This document shows, in pieces, positions 30,446 through 40,257 of a DNA stretch of 64,000 nt. The DNA is from Clostridia bacterium. Lineage in GTDB: Bacteria > Bacillota > Clostridia > Lachnospirales > JAOARL01. The stretch lies in NCBI GenBank assembly GCA_025210555.1, contig JAOARL010000033.1:27720-91719 (forward strand). The letters run 5' to 3'. Under the pieces are notes generated by a model. The model did not search any database. It was not told where the DNA came from and saw nothing but the letters and a program-made list of their open reading frames with translations. Positions within the stretch are counted from its first letter, which is position 1; the number at the start of each line of letters is the position of its first letter. The translations under genes and the position numbers were made by a program.

Positions 30446-31807
30446 TTAAGCTGAATAATCAACTCTATTATCTGATCCTACAGATATATTATTGCTTGAT
30501 ACCTCATATTCTTCTACATCCACATTTTCATCAATCTCTTCTATTTTATTTATACCTTTTCTTTTGCCTTTAGATTGATTTTCTCTATTAAACCTTCTCA
30601 TATCATCATTTTGTTCTGTATTAGTTTGAACTGAAACTTCAATATCATTAACCTTAATACCTTGCGATTCAAGATTTTCTTTAAATTTTATTATGTTTGC
30701 TTCTATTATATTTTTAGCCTCTGTTGTTTCAACTGTCATTTTAGCACTCATATTTCCACTTTCAGATATAAGCTTAACCATAACTTTCCCTAAACTTTCA
30801 GGTCTAAGCTGCATATTCATTTCAGTCTTACCCTCACTAACTGCAATTTTCATATTGTCAATTATTTGAGTTACAACCTTCTCTTTTATAACTGGTTGTG
30901 ATGAATCCACTTTATCTACGTTTAGCTTTATGTTTTCAAATTTATTATTAACAACCGAAATGTTTGCATTGTTGGCTGTTTTAATAATTTTATTTTCCTT
31001 ACCTTGTTCTTTATCGCTAAACATACTATCTTTAGTTTCACCTGAATTACTTGTATCATCCTTAATTGTTTCTTGATTAGACTCTACTGTTTCCTCATTG
31101 CTAACTCTAACAATTTTAGCTTTACCCTTTTCATTTAAAGTAATTTCATCATTTCCTGTCATACTTCTAAGCACTGCCTCTTTTCCAGCATTAGCATCTT
31201 TTTCAACAGTCATCTTTTCATTTATTACTTCAAATAATTTTTCTTTAAACCCTGTACTTTCTGTTGCGACCTCTTTAACATCACTTAATACTTCTTTTAA
31301 CTCTTTAAACTCTTCTACTAATTTAATATCACTTAAAACTTCAATTTCATTATTTACACCTTTCAGTGTCTTAAATAAATCCATCTCTGTTGCATTATCA
31401 TTTTCCTTCAGTAGTTCTTGTAGTTTATTAACAACTTCTTCCGTATTCATCCCCAACTTGTTAGCAATTTCTTCAACCATTGTTAATAATTCTCCTGATA
31501 GCATTTCAATTTTTACATTTTCATCACTAACTTTAATTTCTTCTTTTACTTCCACTTCTTTTTCTGTTGTTACGTTCTCGTTATCTACTTTTTTGTCTTC
31601 TACTTTAACTTCTTCTTTTACTTTTACACTTTCTTTCTTATTAATTTCATTTTTAGTTTCTTTTGTCTCTGAATTATTTGTTTCTAGCTTTTTTGATTCT
31701 GCATTTAACATATTTTCAAATTTATTGTCTGTAGCCTTTTGGCTTTTCACTTCTTTTTTAGGTTCTACATTTAAATTTAAATTCATTATATTTGCTGTTA
31801 CCATCAT
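30446..31807 (-). CDS. fliK: Hook-length control protein FliK
   Basis: Low-complexity N-terminus; LRPESLGKV C-domain. Confidence 0.9.
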   Translation of the reverse strand: MMVTANIMNLNLNVEPKKEVKSQKATDNKFENMLNAESKKLETNNSETKETKNEINKKESVKVKEEVKVEDKKVDNENVTTEKEVEVKEEIKVSDENVKIEMLSGELLTMVEEIANKLGMNTEEVVNKLQELLKENDNATEMDLFKTLKGVNNEIEVLSDIKLVEEFKELKEVLSDVKEVATESTGFKEKLFEVINEKMTVEKDANAGKEAVLRSMTGNDEITLNEKGKAKIVRVSNEETVESNQETIKDDTSNSGETKDSMFSDKEQGKENKIIKTANNANISVVNNKFENIKLNVDKVDSSQPVIKEKVVTQIIDNMKIAVSEGKTEMNMQLRPESLGKVMVKLISESGNMSAKMTVETTEAKNIIEANIIKFKENLESQGIKVNDIEVSVQTNTEQNDDMRRFNRENQSKGKRKGINKIEEIDENVDVEEYEVSSNNISVGSDNRVDYSA

Positions 31808-31813
31808 AACCTC

Positions 31814-32497
31814 CTATGGTGCCATTCTCTTGGCAATTTTTGATGCATTCTTAACACTCATATTTGCTAATATATCTGCTCTTTTTTCTGAGTCAATTAT
31901 TTTAAGTACATTTGCTACTAACTCTGAATCTGTAGTCATCATACTCTCAAGTATTTTAGCTGCACTACTTGATTCCATATCACTATAAGTTGTAGCGTAT
32001 TTTTTGATTTGATCATCATAAACTTCTTTTGTAGCTATCTCTTTGTAAATCCTCTCTGCATTTTCAGGATAAACTTCTTTAAAGAACTTTGAAAAATCTT
32101 CTCTATCAACATCAATTACAGCTTCATCAAATTCTTTTTTAGTTGCTGCAAATTGTTCTTGTTGCTTTTCATAAACTTTAAGTATTGCAATCTCTTCTTT
32201 TTGCTTCTTATTTTCTTCTGCTATATTTTTATTATTAGTTTCAAGAGCTAACACTTTAGCTTCTAAACTTTCTATTTCTGCAACAAATTCATGATTTGAG
32301 TAATAATTATATTTTTCTTCAATAGGTGGTGGTGGTAATATATTTTTTACTACTGGAATTCCTGATAGTGGTTCTCTAAAATATAATTCAGTCATATTTC
32401 CAACATTAAATCTTACTACACTTCCAAACCCTATAACTAAAGCTAAAAATATTACTATCCATAATATACCGCCTGATTTCTTTTTTTCTTCTGCCAT
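31814..32497 (-). CDS. MotE/YlxF family (MgtE_N-like) protein
   Basis: TM plus coiled coil plus YSDMESSSAAKILE, RADILANM; between fliJ and fliK. Confidence 0.8.
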   Translation of the reverse strand: MAEEKKKSGGILWIVIFLALVIGFGSVVRFNVGNMTELYFREPLSGIPVVKNILPPPPIEEKYNYYSNHEFVAEIESLEAKVLALETNNKNIAEENKKQKEEIAILKVYEKQQEQFAATKKEFDEAVIDVDREDFSKFFKEVYPENAERIYKEIATKEVYDDQIKKYATTYSDMESSSAAKILESMMTTDSELVANVLKIIDSEKRADILANMSVKNASKIAKRMAP

Positions 32498-32506
32498 ACT
32501 TTCCTC

Positions 32507-32941
32507 CTATTTACTGTACTTATAACTATTAATTTCATCTACTTTTGATTGTTCCTCTTTTAAAAGTTCTTTTTTGTGTTCTTCAAAAGCTTTCTCTTTA
32601 AGCTTTTCTATTGTCTTTCTTTCCTTAACAGCTACAACAAGTTCTTCCCTTTTTATATCGACATTTTTCTCTTCTTCATTAATACTTTTTTGGATTTCTT
32701 TTATTTTGTTATTCAAAAAAGTGGTATAGTTTTGAAACTCTACCATTTCCTTTACACTCAAAGATCCTGAAGATCTTTTATTAGCATTTTCCATATTCAT
32801 TTTTCGCTCTTTTTCTTTTTCAATTTTAACGTTTTTAAGCTCTTCAAGAATTTGAAGAGCTTTACCATATTCTGCTTTCTTTTGATCCTCTAACTGAATT
32901 TTAACTTTCAGCAAACTTTCAAATTTAAATTTAAACTTCAT
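32507..32941 (-). CDS. fliJ: FliJ
   Basis: FKFKFESLLKVK, ERKTIEKLKEK, EQSKVDE. Confidence 0.92.
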   Translation of the reverse strand: MKFKFKFESLLKVKIQLEDQKKAEYGKALQILEELKNVKIEKEKERKMNMENANKRSSGSLSVKEMVEFQNYTTFLNNKIKEIQKSINEEEKNVDIKREELVVAVKERKTIEKLKEKAFEEHKKELLKEEQSKVDEINSYKYSK

Positions 32942-32946
32942 TTACA

Positions 32947-34272
32947 TCACTCATTTTGTAATATATTTTGCATCTTTTCCATGATTTCTTCAAATCCAAA
33001 AAACTCATGCGTCTTTTGTTGAAGTAATTCTTTTACCAGTCCAATTTTTTCTATTGCATAATCAATTTCAGGATTACTACCTTTTGAATAGGCTCCTATA
33101 TTTATTAGGTCCTCTGCATCATTATATACCGCTAAAACCTTTTTAACTTCAAATGACATATCTTTATGTTCTTGCGTTACAACATCCCCCATAACTCTTG
33201 ATACACTTTCAAGAACAGATATTGCCGGATAATGGTTTTTATTTGCAAGTTTTCTTGATAAAACTATATGTCCATCAAGTATCCCTCTTGCTGTATCTGT
33301 TACTGGTTCAGATAAATCATCCCCTTCAACAAGAACAGTATATAATCCTGTTATAGACCCTTTATGTGAAGTTCCTGCTCTTTCTAATAGTTTCGGCATA
33401 ACTGCAAAAACCGAAGGAGTATAACCCTTTGAAACTGGTGGTTCTCCAATTGCAAGTCCAATTTCTCTTTGTGCCATTGAATATCTAGTTAATGAATCCA
33501 TCATTAAAAGAACATCTTTACCTTGATCTCTGAAATATTCTGCCACTGCTGTAGCCGTTTCTGCAGCTTTCTTTCTAATAAGTGCTGGTTTATCTGAAGT
33601 AGCCACGATAAGAACAGATCTTTTAAGACCTTCTTCGCCTAAATCTTTTTCAATAAATTCTCTTACCTCTCTACCACGCTCTCCTATAAGTGCTATTACA
33701 TTTATATCAGCAAGTGTATTTCTTGCAATCATACCTAAGAGCGTACTCTTTCCTACACCTGATCCTGCAAATATACCAACTCTTTGCCCTTTTCCAATTG
33801 TAAGCATACTATCTATAGCTTTAACACCTAGAAGAAGTTTTTCAGAAATTCTAGCCCTTGTTAATGGATCCGGAGATTCGTTAGTAACACTGTATTTAGC
33901 TTTATAATCAAAATCGCCCTTACCATCTATTGGATTTCCAAGTCCGTCTATAACTCTTCCAAGAAGTCCTTCACCAACCTTAATTTTAAGATCATCTCTA
34001 GTTGCTTCTACAACACTACCTGATGATATTCCTTCCATAGTTCCATATGGCATTAAAAGTATTTTACCTTCTTTAAATCCAACTACTTCTGCCTTAATAA
34101 CATTATTATTTATGGCAGCTTTTACATCACAAATTTCCCCAATACTTGAGGCTGGTCCATCTGATTCTATTGTAAGTCCTACTACCTTTGAAACCTTTCC
34201 GTAATGCTTTGAAAGGTCACTATTTATAACTTCTTTATACTTACTTAAATTTAGCATTATATTATCTTCCAA
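32947..34272 (-). CDS. fliI: Flagellar export ATPase FliI (start may be ATG at 34257)
   Basis: GIFAGSGVGKS, LIGERGREV, DSLTRY, DGHIVLSR. Confidence 0.97.
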   Translation of the reverse strand: MEDNIMLNLSKYKEVINSDLSKHYGKVSKVVGLTIESDGPASSIGEICDVKAAINNNVIKAEVVGFKEGKILLMPYGTMEGISSGSVVEATRDDLKIKVGEGLLGRVIDGLGNPIDGKGDFDYKAKYSVTNESPDPLTRARISEKLLLGVKAIDSMLTIGKGQRVGIFAGSGVGKSTLLGMIARNTLADINVIALIGERGREVREFIEKDLGEEGLKRSVLIVATSDKPALIRKKAAETATAVAEYFRDQGKDVLLMMDSLTRYSMAQREIGLAIGEPPVSKGYTPSVFAVMPKLLERAGTSHKGSITGLYTVLVEGDDLSEPVTDTARGILDGHIVLSRKLANKNHYPAISVLESVSRVMGDVVTQEHKDMSFEVKKVLAVYNDAEDLINIGAYSKGSNPEIDYAIEKIGLVKELLQQKTHEFFGFEEIMEKMQNILQNE

Positions 34273-34293
34273 TCCTATATTTTCTTTTACTAT

Positions 34294-34322
34294 ATTATAA
34301 ACTTTATCATAAATTTATACAA
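34294..34322 (-). promoter_or_regulatory. Putative sigmaA promoter for fliI
   Basis: TTGTAT-N17-TATAAT immediately downstream of the fliH terminator. Confidence 0.6.
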
Positions 34323-34324
34323 AC

Positions 34325-34349
34325 AAAAAAGTGCTATATAAGCACTTTT
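34325..34349 (-). terminator. Intrinsic terminator between fliH and fliI
   Basis: AAAAGTGCT-TATAT-AGCACTTTT hairpin whose T-run extends, starting 3 bp after fliH stop. Confidence 0.65.
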
Positions 34350-34352
34350 AAA

Positions 34353-34988
34353 TTAATTTTTTATTGTTTCACTATCCATTTTTTGATATAGCGTTTCAAG
34401 TTGAGATTTAATGCTATAATCCATGCTTCCAAATTCAGTATCTATAATACAACTTTCATCTGCTAAACTCGGATCTTTAACTAGCTCAAAATCAACTCCT
34501 ATAAGTTCCTCTTTCAATACATTTAGATTTTCAGCTAAAATCCCATAATCTTTATCCGAAACCCTTACTTTTATGTTTTTCTTTCCTATCATATTAGATA
34601 AAGAACATTTAGTTAATGCAATTATTTTTTCATCATAGTTCATAACTTCACTACCTAATAAATTAGAGCAAACATTTTTTATAAGATCAACAACTTCTAA
34701 TTCCGTTTCTATTAGAATTTGTTTCTTTTCTTCTAAAACTGTATCTAATTCATTTTGAGCTTGAAGCATATATCCCTCAGCTTTAAGTCTAAGCTTCTCA
34801 GCTTCTATTTCTCCCTTTGCATAACCTTCTTCATAGGCTCTTTTTCTTATCTCTTCTGCTTCTTTATGAGCTGCATCGACAACCATCTCATCTTTTGTCA
34901 TTATCACTTCTTCTACTCTCTCGGCAGATAAATCCAATGCATCTTCATTATCAACACTTACATACGTACATTTAATAACACTAGACAA
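34353..34988 (-). CDS. fliH: FliH
   Basis: AYEEGYAKG repeat; DPSLADESCIIDTEFGSMD; between fliG and fliI. Confidence 0.88.
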   Translation of the reverse strand: MSSVIKCTYVSVDNEDALDLSAERVEEVIMTKDEMVVDAAHKEAEEIRKRAYEEGYAKGEIEAEKLRLKAEGYMLQAQNELDTVLEEKKQILIETELEVVDLIKNVCSNLLGSEVMNYDEKIIALTKCSLSNMIGKKNIKVRVSDKDYGILAENLNVLKEELIGVDFELVKDPSLADESCIIDTEFGSMDYSIKSQLETLYQKMDSETIKN

Positions 34989-35994
34989 CTAACTCATCTC
35001 CTCCACCTCTAGAGATAATAATTTCTCCAGAATCTTCAAGTTTTCTTATAATATTAACAATCTTTTGTTGTGCATCTTCAACTTCTTTAAGTCTAATAGG
35101 TCCCATGAATTCCATATCTTCTTTAATCATGTCCGCAAGTCTTGATGAAATATTCTTGAATAATAAATCTTTTACATCATCATTTGCACCTTTAAGGGCA
35201 ATTGCAAGATCTTTATTATCAACTTCTCTAAGAATTCTTTGAATTGAATGATCATCAAGCGTAAGAATATCCTCAAATACAAACATTTTCTTTCTAATCT
35301 CTTCTGCAAGCTCTGTATCATCAATTTCAAGAGCCTCCATAATATTTTTCTCTGTACCTCTATCAACTGTATTTAAAATATCTACTATCGCATCTACTCC
35401 TCCAATAGAAGTATAATCATCTGTAGCAATAGATGATATCTTTTTTTCAAGTACTTTTTCAACATCTTTGACAATCTCTGGCGACGTTCTATCCATAAGC
35501 GCAATTCTTCTTGCTACATCTGACTGTTGCTCAGCTGAAAGCTCTGATAAAACTGCTGCAGCTTGATCTCTCTTCAAATAAGAAAGAACCAACGCTATTG
35601 TTTGCGGATGTTCATTTTGTATAAAGTTTAAAAGTTGTGATGGATCTGTTTTTCTTGCAAAATCAAATGGTCTAACTTGAAGAGATGACATAAGTCTAGT
35701 TATTATAGACTCTGCTTCTTCTGCACCAAGTGCTTTTTCTAAAAGTTCCTGTGCGTAGTTAATACCACCTTCTGCAATATACTGTTGAGCTAAACAAATC
35801 TCATGAAACTCTTCTAAAACTTCTTCTTTCTTTGCCGGATTAACAGTTTGAGTATTTGCAATCTCAAGTGTTATTTGCTCTATTTCTTCTTCTTTTAAAT
35901 ATTTAAAAACTTCTGAGCTTCGCTCTGGTCCCAGTGTTATTAGGAGCATAGCTGCTTTTTGCTTACCATTAATGCGTTCTTCTCTTCCAGCCAT
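34981..35994 (-). CDS. fliG: FliG
   Basis: EHPQTIA, GGVDAIV, MFVFED, GPIRLKEVE. Confidence 0.97.
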   Translation of the reverse strand: MAGREERINGKQKAAMLLITLGPERSSEVFKYLKEEEIEQITLEIANTQTVNPAKKEEVLEEFHEICLAQQYIAEGGINYAQELLEKALGAEEAESIITRLMSSLQVRPFDFARKTDPSQLLNFIQNEHPQTIALVLSYLKRDQAAAVLSELSAEQQSDVARRIALMDRTSPEIVKDVEKVLEKKISSIATDDYTSIGGVDAIVDILNTVDRGTEKNIMEALEIDDTELAEEIRKKMFVFEDILTLDDHSIQRILREVDNKDLAIALKGANDDVKDLLFKNISSRLADMIKEDMEFMGPIRLKEVEDAQQKIVNIIRKLEDSGEIIISRGGGDELVV

Positions 35995-35999
35995 CTATA

Positions 36000-37601
36000 T
36001 CACTCCCACTCATCACTTAGCCAATTTTTAAGTAGCTGCGCTACAGCTTCTGGTTTTTCATCTACAAATTTTTCTACCTGTCTTTTTACTCTAGAATCTT
36101 TAACTTCTATAGCTTCTACTTCTTCATTTTCTGCAACCTGATTAATAGTTCCACCTGTAACTTGTCTTTCTCTTGTACTTAAAAGAGAATCTACAGCTAT
36201 TATTTCATCAGGCTCTGACTTTTTAATTAAGGCATATACAAAAACCGTAACTAATATAAACATAATTCCCAAGAATATATAATTTTCAACTGGTTTATTC
36301 TCTGTCATCTTAGCTACAAATATTGGTTTTACATAAGCATTTATAACTACATCATTTATCCCTGTTGATTTTCTAACTGCTGATACTATTCCATCATCAA
36401 CATTCATTTTTTGCATATCTTCAGCTTGCTTATTAAGCTTAAACTCATTCCAAGTTTTGTCTGCAAGTTCTCCTCTTGTTTCCATAATTTCTTCATCATA
36501 TACTTCATATTTATACGCAGTTATAGCTATTGAAGATTGATCCTTCTTAACTATTCCTTGTGCTTTCTCAACTTCTGATACTGTTGAATTAACTACATAA
36601 TCGTATTTTTTAGTTTCATCGTCTTTTTTGTTTCTATTGCTACTTCCATTCAAGTCTGCACCAGTTCCATCGTTAGCTCCCAGTCCTGTTTCTCCTGAAC
36701 CAGTTGTAGTTTCTTGACTACTCTTTGATGTATCTTCACTAGTCATTAGTCCTTTTTTGCTTCCATCAATTGGACTACTATATTCTGTTATTTGTTGTTT
36801 TACTTTATCAAAATCCATTTCAATAGTAACTCCAACAACAACTTCTTGATATATTCCTGTTAACTGTTCTTTAACTTTTCTTTTTAATTTATCTTCATTT
36901 GCGGCTCTTACCTCATCATGAGCTGTAAGCTGCATATCTTCACTATCTCCTGAATATAAAAGTCTAGCATTATGATCACTCATGCTTATATTATCTTTCT
37001 TAACTCCAGAACTTCTAGCAACGTGATTTACAATTGCACTAATTTGTTCTTTATTTAAATCTCTTCTAAGAGTAAGCTGCACACTAGCACTTGATTCTTC
37101 ATCCGTATCTATAAAAAATTGTGTGTCATCTGGTAAATTCAATTGAACTTTAGCTGCATATATAGCATCATACTCTTTTAATATATCTTCAATTTCCGTT
37201 TCTTTTGCTTGTTTTAACATTTCTTTTATCTCAACATTTGTTCTACCTATTCCTGTTGAATTGAAGGCATCTGTATATGTAAATCCATCATCAATTTTTT
37301 CATTCTTAAGTATTACGCTCGCTCTACCAAGATCTCCTTTTTTCACCTTAATAAAACCTGATGATATCTCATATTCCATACCACTCGAACTAAGAGCAGT
37401 TTCTATCCTTCCAATTTTCTCAGGCGTTAATGCTTCGTTTGTTAAGTTAACCATTTCTGGTCTTGAAGCAACATATATAATTATGAAAAATACAATAGAT
37501 ACAAAACCTATTGTAAAAATTAATTTAGCTCTTTGAACTGGATTAAGTTTAAGCCAAACTTCTGTTATTAACTTTGATACATTCGCTAAAGATTCTTGCA
37601 T
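36000..37601 (-). CDS. fliF: MS-ring protein FliF
   Basis: Two TMs; SASVQL; C-terminal PEAVAQLLKNWL. Confidence 0.92.
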   Translation of the reverse strand: MQESLANVSKLITEVWLKLNPVQRAKLIFTIGFVSIVFFIIIYVASRPEMVNLTNEALTPEKIGRIETALSSSGMEYEISSGFIKVKKGDLGRASVILKNEKIDDGFTYTDAFNSTGIGRTNVEIKEMLKQAKETEIEDILKEYDAIYAAKVQLNLPDDTQFFIDTDEESSASVQLTLRRDLNKEQISAIVNHVARSSGVKKDNISMSDHNARLLYSGDSEDMQLTAHDEVRAANEDKLKRKVKEQLTGIYQEVVVGVTIEMDFDKVKQQITEYSSPIDGSKKGLMTSEDTSKSSQETTTGSGETGLGANDGTGADLNGSSNRNKKDDETKKYDYVVNSTVSEVEKAQGIVKKDQSSIAITAYKYEVYDEEIMETRGELADKTWNEFKLNKQAEDMQKMNVDDGIVSAVRKSTGINDVVINAYVKPIFVAKMTENKPVENYIFLGIMFILVTVFVYALIKKSEPDEIIAVDSLLSTRERQVTGGTINQVAENEEVEAIEVKDSRVKRQVEKFVDEKPEAVAQLLKNWLSDEWE

Positions 37602-37623
37602 TTACTGCACACCCCATTCATTT

Positions 37624-37932
37624 CTATACTTGCATTCTCATTATCTCATTATAAGCATCTAATACTTTATTTCTTACTTCTGACGTAAATTGTATTGCTA
37701 TGTTAGCTTTTTCTTGAGCAATAACTACGCTATGAATATTATCATGCTTACCTGCTATAAAATCTTCTGCTAATTTATTTGCTTTAATTTCTAAATTATT
37801 AGCATTATTAACAGTTGACATAGCAGCATTGTAGAAATCTTCAAATGTGCTTCCACTATCTTTTTTATTAACTGAACTAGGATTAATTAGATTATTACTA
37901 ACTCCACCTACTATATTATTAGTTATCATCAT
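37624..37932 (-). CDS. fliE: FliE
   Basis: VRNKVLDAYNEIMRMQV. Confidence 0.95.
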   Translation of the reverse strand: MMITNNIVGGVSNNLINPSSVNKKDSGSTFEDFYNAAMSTVNNANNLEIKANKLAEDFIAGKHDNIHSVVIAQEKANIAIQFTSEVRNKVLDAYNEIMRMQV

Positions 37933-37943
37933 AGCCCCCTATA

Positions 37944-38372
37944 CTATTTACCAATATTTAAAGCTTTCATCGCCATTGATTTAGTTGCATTCATTGCTGT
38001 TATATTAGCTTCATAAGCTCTTGAAGCTGTCATCATGTTTACCATTTCCTCTAACACATCTACATTAGGCATAAGTACATAACCATCATCATCTGCATCT
38101 GGATGTTTTGGATCATAAACTTTCTTAAAGTTTTTATCTTCAACTATCCCATCTACTTTTACTCCATTTAATTCATCTAACTTCCCATTTAAAATATTAC
38201 CGAAGTTACCACTTTTATCTTCTGCAAATAATACGCTTTTCTTTTTATAAGGCGTTCCATCTGCTGTTCTTGTTACATTTGCTTTTGCTATATTTTCAGA
38301 TATTACATCCATTCTTAATCTTTCTGCATAAAGACCTGAACTACTAACATCTAACGAACTCATAAAAGACAT
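37944..38372 (-). CDS. flgC: Basal-body rod protein FlgC
   Basis: YDPKHPDAD, GYVLMPNV, ASRAYEAN. Confidence 0.96.
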   Translation of the reverse strand: MSFMSSLDVSSSGLYAERLRMDVISENIAKANVTRTADGTPYKKKSVLFAEDKSGNFGNILNGKLDELNGVKVDGIVEDKNFKKVYDPKHPDADDDGYVLMPNVDVLEEMVNMMTASRAYEANITAMNATKSMAMKALNIGK

Positions 38373-38383
38373 CTAACTTCCCC

Positions 38384-38725
38384 CTATCTTAAAACTGATT
38401 TTATTCTTTCCATTTTACTTGAAACTTGTCTAATCATAGCATTGTATCTAATTGTATTTTTAGCAAGCTCTGCCATTTCTTTATCTATAACTACATTATT
38501 GCCATCTATTCTTCCTTCTACTATACTCAAGTCCTTTTCAACTGAAGCATCTACATCCGAGATATTCTTTCCCGCTGCTTGGAGGTATTCTTCAAACTTT
38601 ACCTCACTTCTTTTGTATCCCGGCGTATTAACATTTGCTATATTTTGATTTATTACTTTATTTCGCATAGCTGCAACATCTAAAGCTTTTTCATCGCTTC
38701 TAAACATATTATCTAAATTAAGCAT
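38384..38725 (-). CDS. flgB: Basal-body rod protein FlgB
   Basis: NIANVNTPGYK, RIDGNNV. Confidence 0.95.
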   Translation of the reverse strand: MLNLDNMFRSDEKALDVAAMRNKVINQNIANVNTPGYKRSEVKFEEYLQAAGKNISDVDASVEKDLSIVEGRIDGNNVVIDKEMAELAKNTIRYNAMIRQVSSKMERIKSVLR

Positions 38726-38762
38726 AAATACTCCTTTCTACATCCATTCCATATTATTTAAT

Positions 38763-38791
38763 ATTTTACACTACTATATAATAGTTGTAAA
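38763..38791 (-). promoter_or_regulatory. Putative sigmaA promoter of flgB
   Basis: TTTACA-N17-TAAAAT. Confidence 0.6.
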
Positions 38792-38805
38792 TACTTTCAC
38801 GTATT

Positions 38806-38833
38806 ATATCGGCTATATTTTACAATTTATTTA
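38806..38833 (-). promoter_or_regulatory. sigmaD (sigma28) promoter upstream of flgB
   Basis: Exact consensus TAAA-N16-GCCGATAT. Confidence 0.75.
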
Positions 38834-39306
38834 CCCATATATTCATTAACTCTTTCTTCTTGTGTTTTCATACTATCTTTAGAAGAATTCACTGCATTTA
38901 CAAAGGCATCTATGTGTTTTTGACTCATTCCAATTTCTGGTAAAAGATTTGCATTATCATTAACAACTTTTACCCTATTAGATGGTTTTACTTCAACAGT
39001 TTCATCCTGTGATTCATCCTTTTTTTGAATATCTTCAACTACATCCAAGTTTTCTCCAAACATTTTATCAATAGATTCTTGAGCATTATTTATAGGATTA
39101 ACCCTTTCCGCTATAGCTGCAACAACAGCTGGATCTGGCTTAACATCACTTAACTTGAATGGTTCTCCAAAATTAATATTTGCTTTTTCATGTACAATTC
39201 CTGCTTTACCACATTTATTATATTTATACTTAGAATCTTTTTTACGATTGTGTACTACAACTTGTTCATTTTCTTCTTCACCATTATTCATTTTTATATC
39301 TGCCAT
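38827..39306 (-). CDS. Hypothetical hydrophilic protein (orphan) between codY and flgB
   Basis: ATG at 39306 with GAGGTG RBS; no recognised motif. Confidence 0.7.
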   Translation of the reverse strand: MADIKMNNGEEENEQVVVHNRKKDSKYKYNKCGKAGIVHEKANINFGEPFKLSDVKPDPAVVAAIAERVNPINNAQESIDKMFGENLDVVEDIQKKDESQDETVEVKPSNRVKVVNDNANLLPEIGMSQKHIDAFVNAVNSSKDSMKTQEERVNEYMGK

Positions 39307-39332
39307 GTCCACTCACCTCTTCCATTTCCTTT

Positions 39333-39361
39333 ATTTTACACGCTTTTAAGCTTTTTTTCAA
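39333..39361 (-). promoter_or_regulatory. Putative sigmaA promoter of the orphan gene
   Basis: TTGAAA-N17-TAAAAT. Confidence 0.55.
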
Positions 39362-39363
39362 AT

Positions 39364-39387
39364 AAAAAAATGCGCATATACGCATTT
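39364..39387 (-). terminator. codY terminator
   Basis: AAATGCG/CGCATTT hairpin plus T-run. Confidence 0.65.
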
Positions 39388-39396
39388 AATTATAAA

Positions 39397-40185
39397 TTAT
39401 TCACTCTTTATTTTAGCAAGTTCATCAATAAGCAAGTCATTAAGCACTTTTATATAAGTCCCCTTCATACCTAATGATCTACATTCAACTACTCCAGCAC
39501 TCTCAAACTTTCTAAGTGCATTTACAATAACAGATCTTGTAATACCTACTTTGTCAGCTATTTTACTAGCGACAAGCAGACCTTCTGTTCCTTCTAATTC
39601 ATTGAATATATGCATTACCGCTTCAAGCTCTGAATAAGATAAAGTTCCTATTGCTGATTTAACAATTGTGCTTTTTCTTATTTCATTAGCATTTCTTTTT
39701 TCTTCTTCTCTTAAAATTTCAAGTCCTATCACTGTAGCACCATACTCAGCTAGAATTATGTCTTCTTCTACAAACTCTGTTCCAAATTTATATAATAAAA
39801 CTGTTCCTATTCTATCTCCTGATGCCATCATTGGTGCTATCGTTGCAAACATATTTTTCACATTATGATTAAATACGTCTTTAACTGGAAAATCTTCAAT
39901 TTCCATATTTTCACTTGTTGTTAACTCTGATAATAATAACTTATTAAATCTTTCATCAACAAAATCGCCCTTGAACATATCTGATTCTGCGAATAAGCTC
40001 TCGTCTGTTTCACTTAAAGAAAGTCCTAAAATTTCCCCTTTTTTACTAATAACCATTACATTAACTCTTAAAAGTCTACCTAATAAATTGCACATATCAT
40101 CAAAAACTACTGGTTCTGTACCATTTATTTGAAGTAATGAATGGATCTTTCTCATTCTTTCTAACAACGAATTTTTCATATTCAT
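39397..40185 (-). CDS. codY: GTP/BCAA-sensing regulator CodY
   Basis: GAF domain; ASKIADKVGITRSVIVNALRKFESAGV, RSLGMKGT. Confidence 0.97.
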   Translation of the reverse strand: MNMKNSLLERMRKIHSLLQINGTEPVVFDDMCNLLGRLLRVNVMVISKKGEILGLSLSETDESLFAESDMFKGDFVDERFNKLLLSELTTSENMEIEDFPVKDVFNHNVKNMFATIAPMMASGDRIGTVLLYKFGTEFVEEDIILAEYGATVIGLEILREEEKRNANEIRKSTIVKSAIGTLSYSELEAVMHIFNELEGTEGLLVASKIADKVGITRSVIVNALRKFESAGVVECRSLGMKGTYIKVLNDLLIDELAKIKSE

Positions 40186-40257
40186 CCTCCCTAGTTAAAA
40201 CACTCTTTTTCAGAATATTTTAAAATATATAAATATAGTATCACTTTTGTTTTTAAA

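Noticed and set aside
31098-31988. 296-aa plus-strand ORF antisense to fliK/motE
   Set aside because: Ser/Phe/Leu-rich mirror of Glu/Lys codons, no RBS seen; shadow ORF
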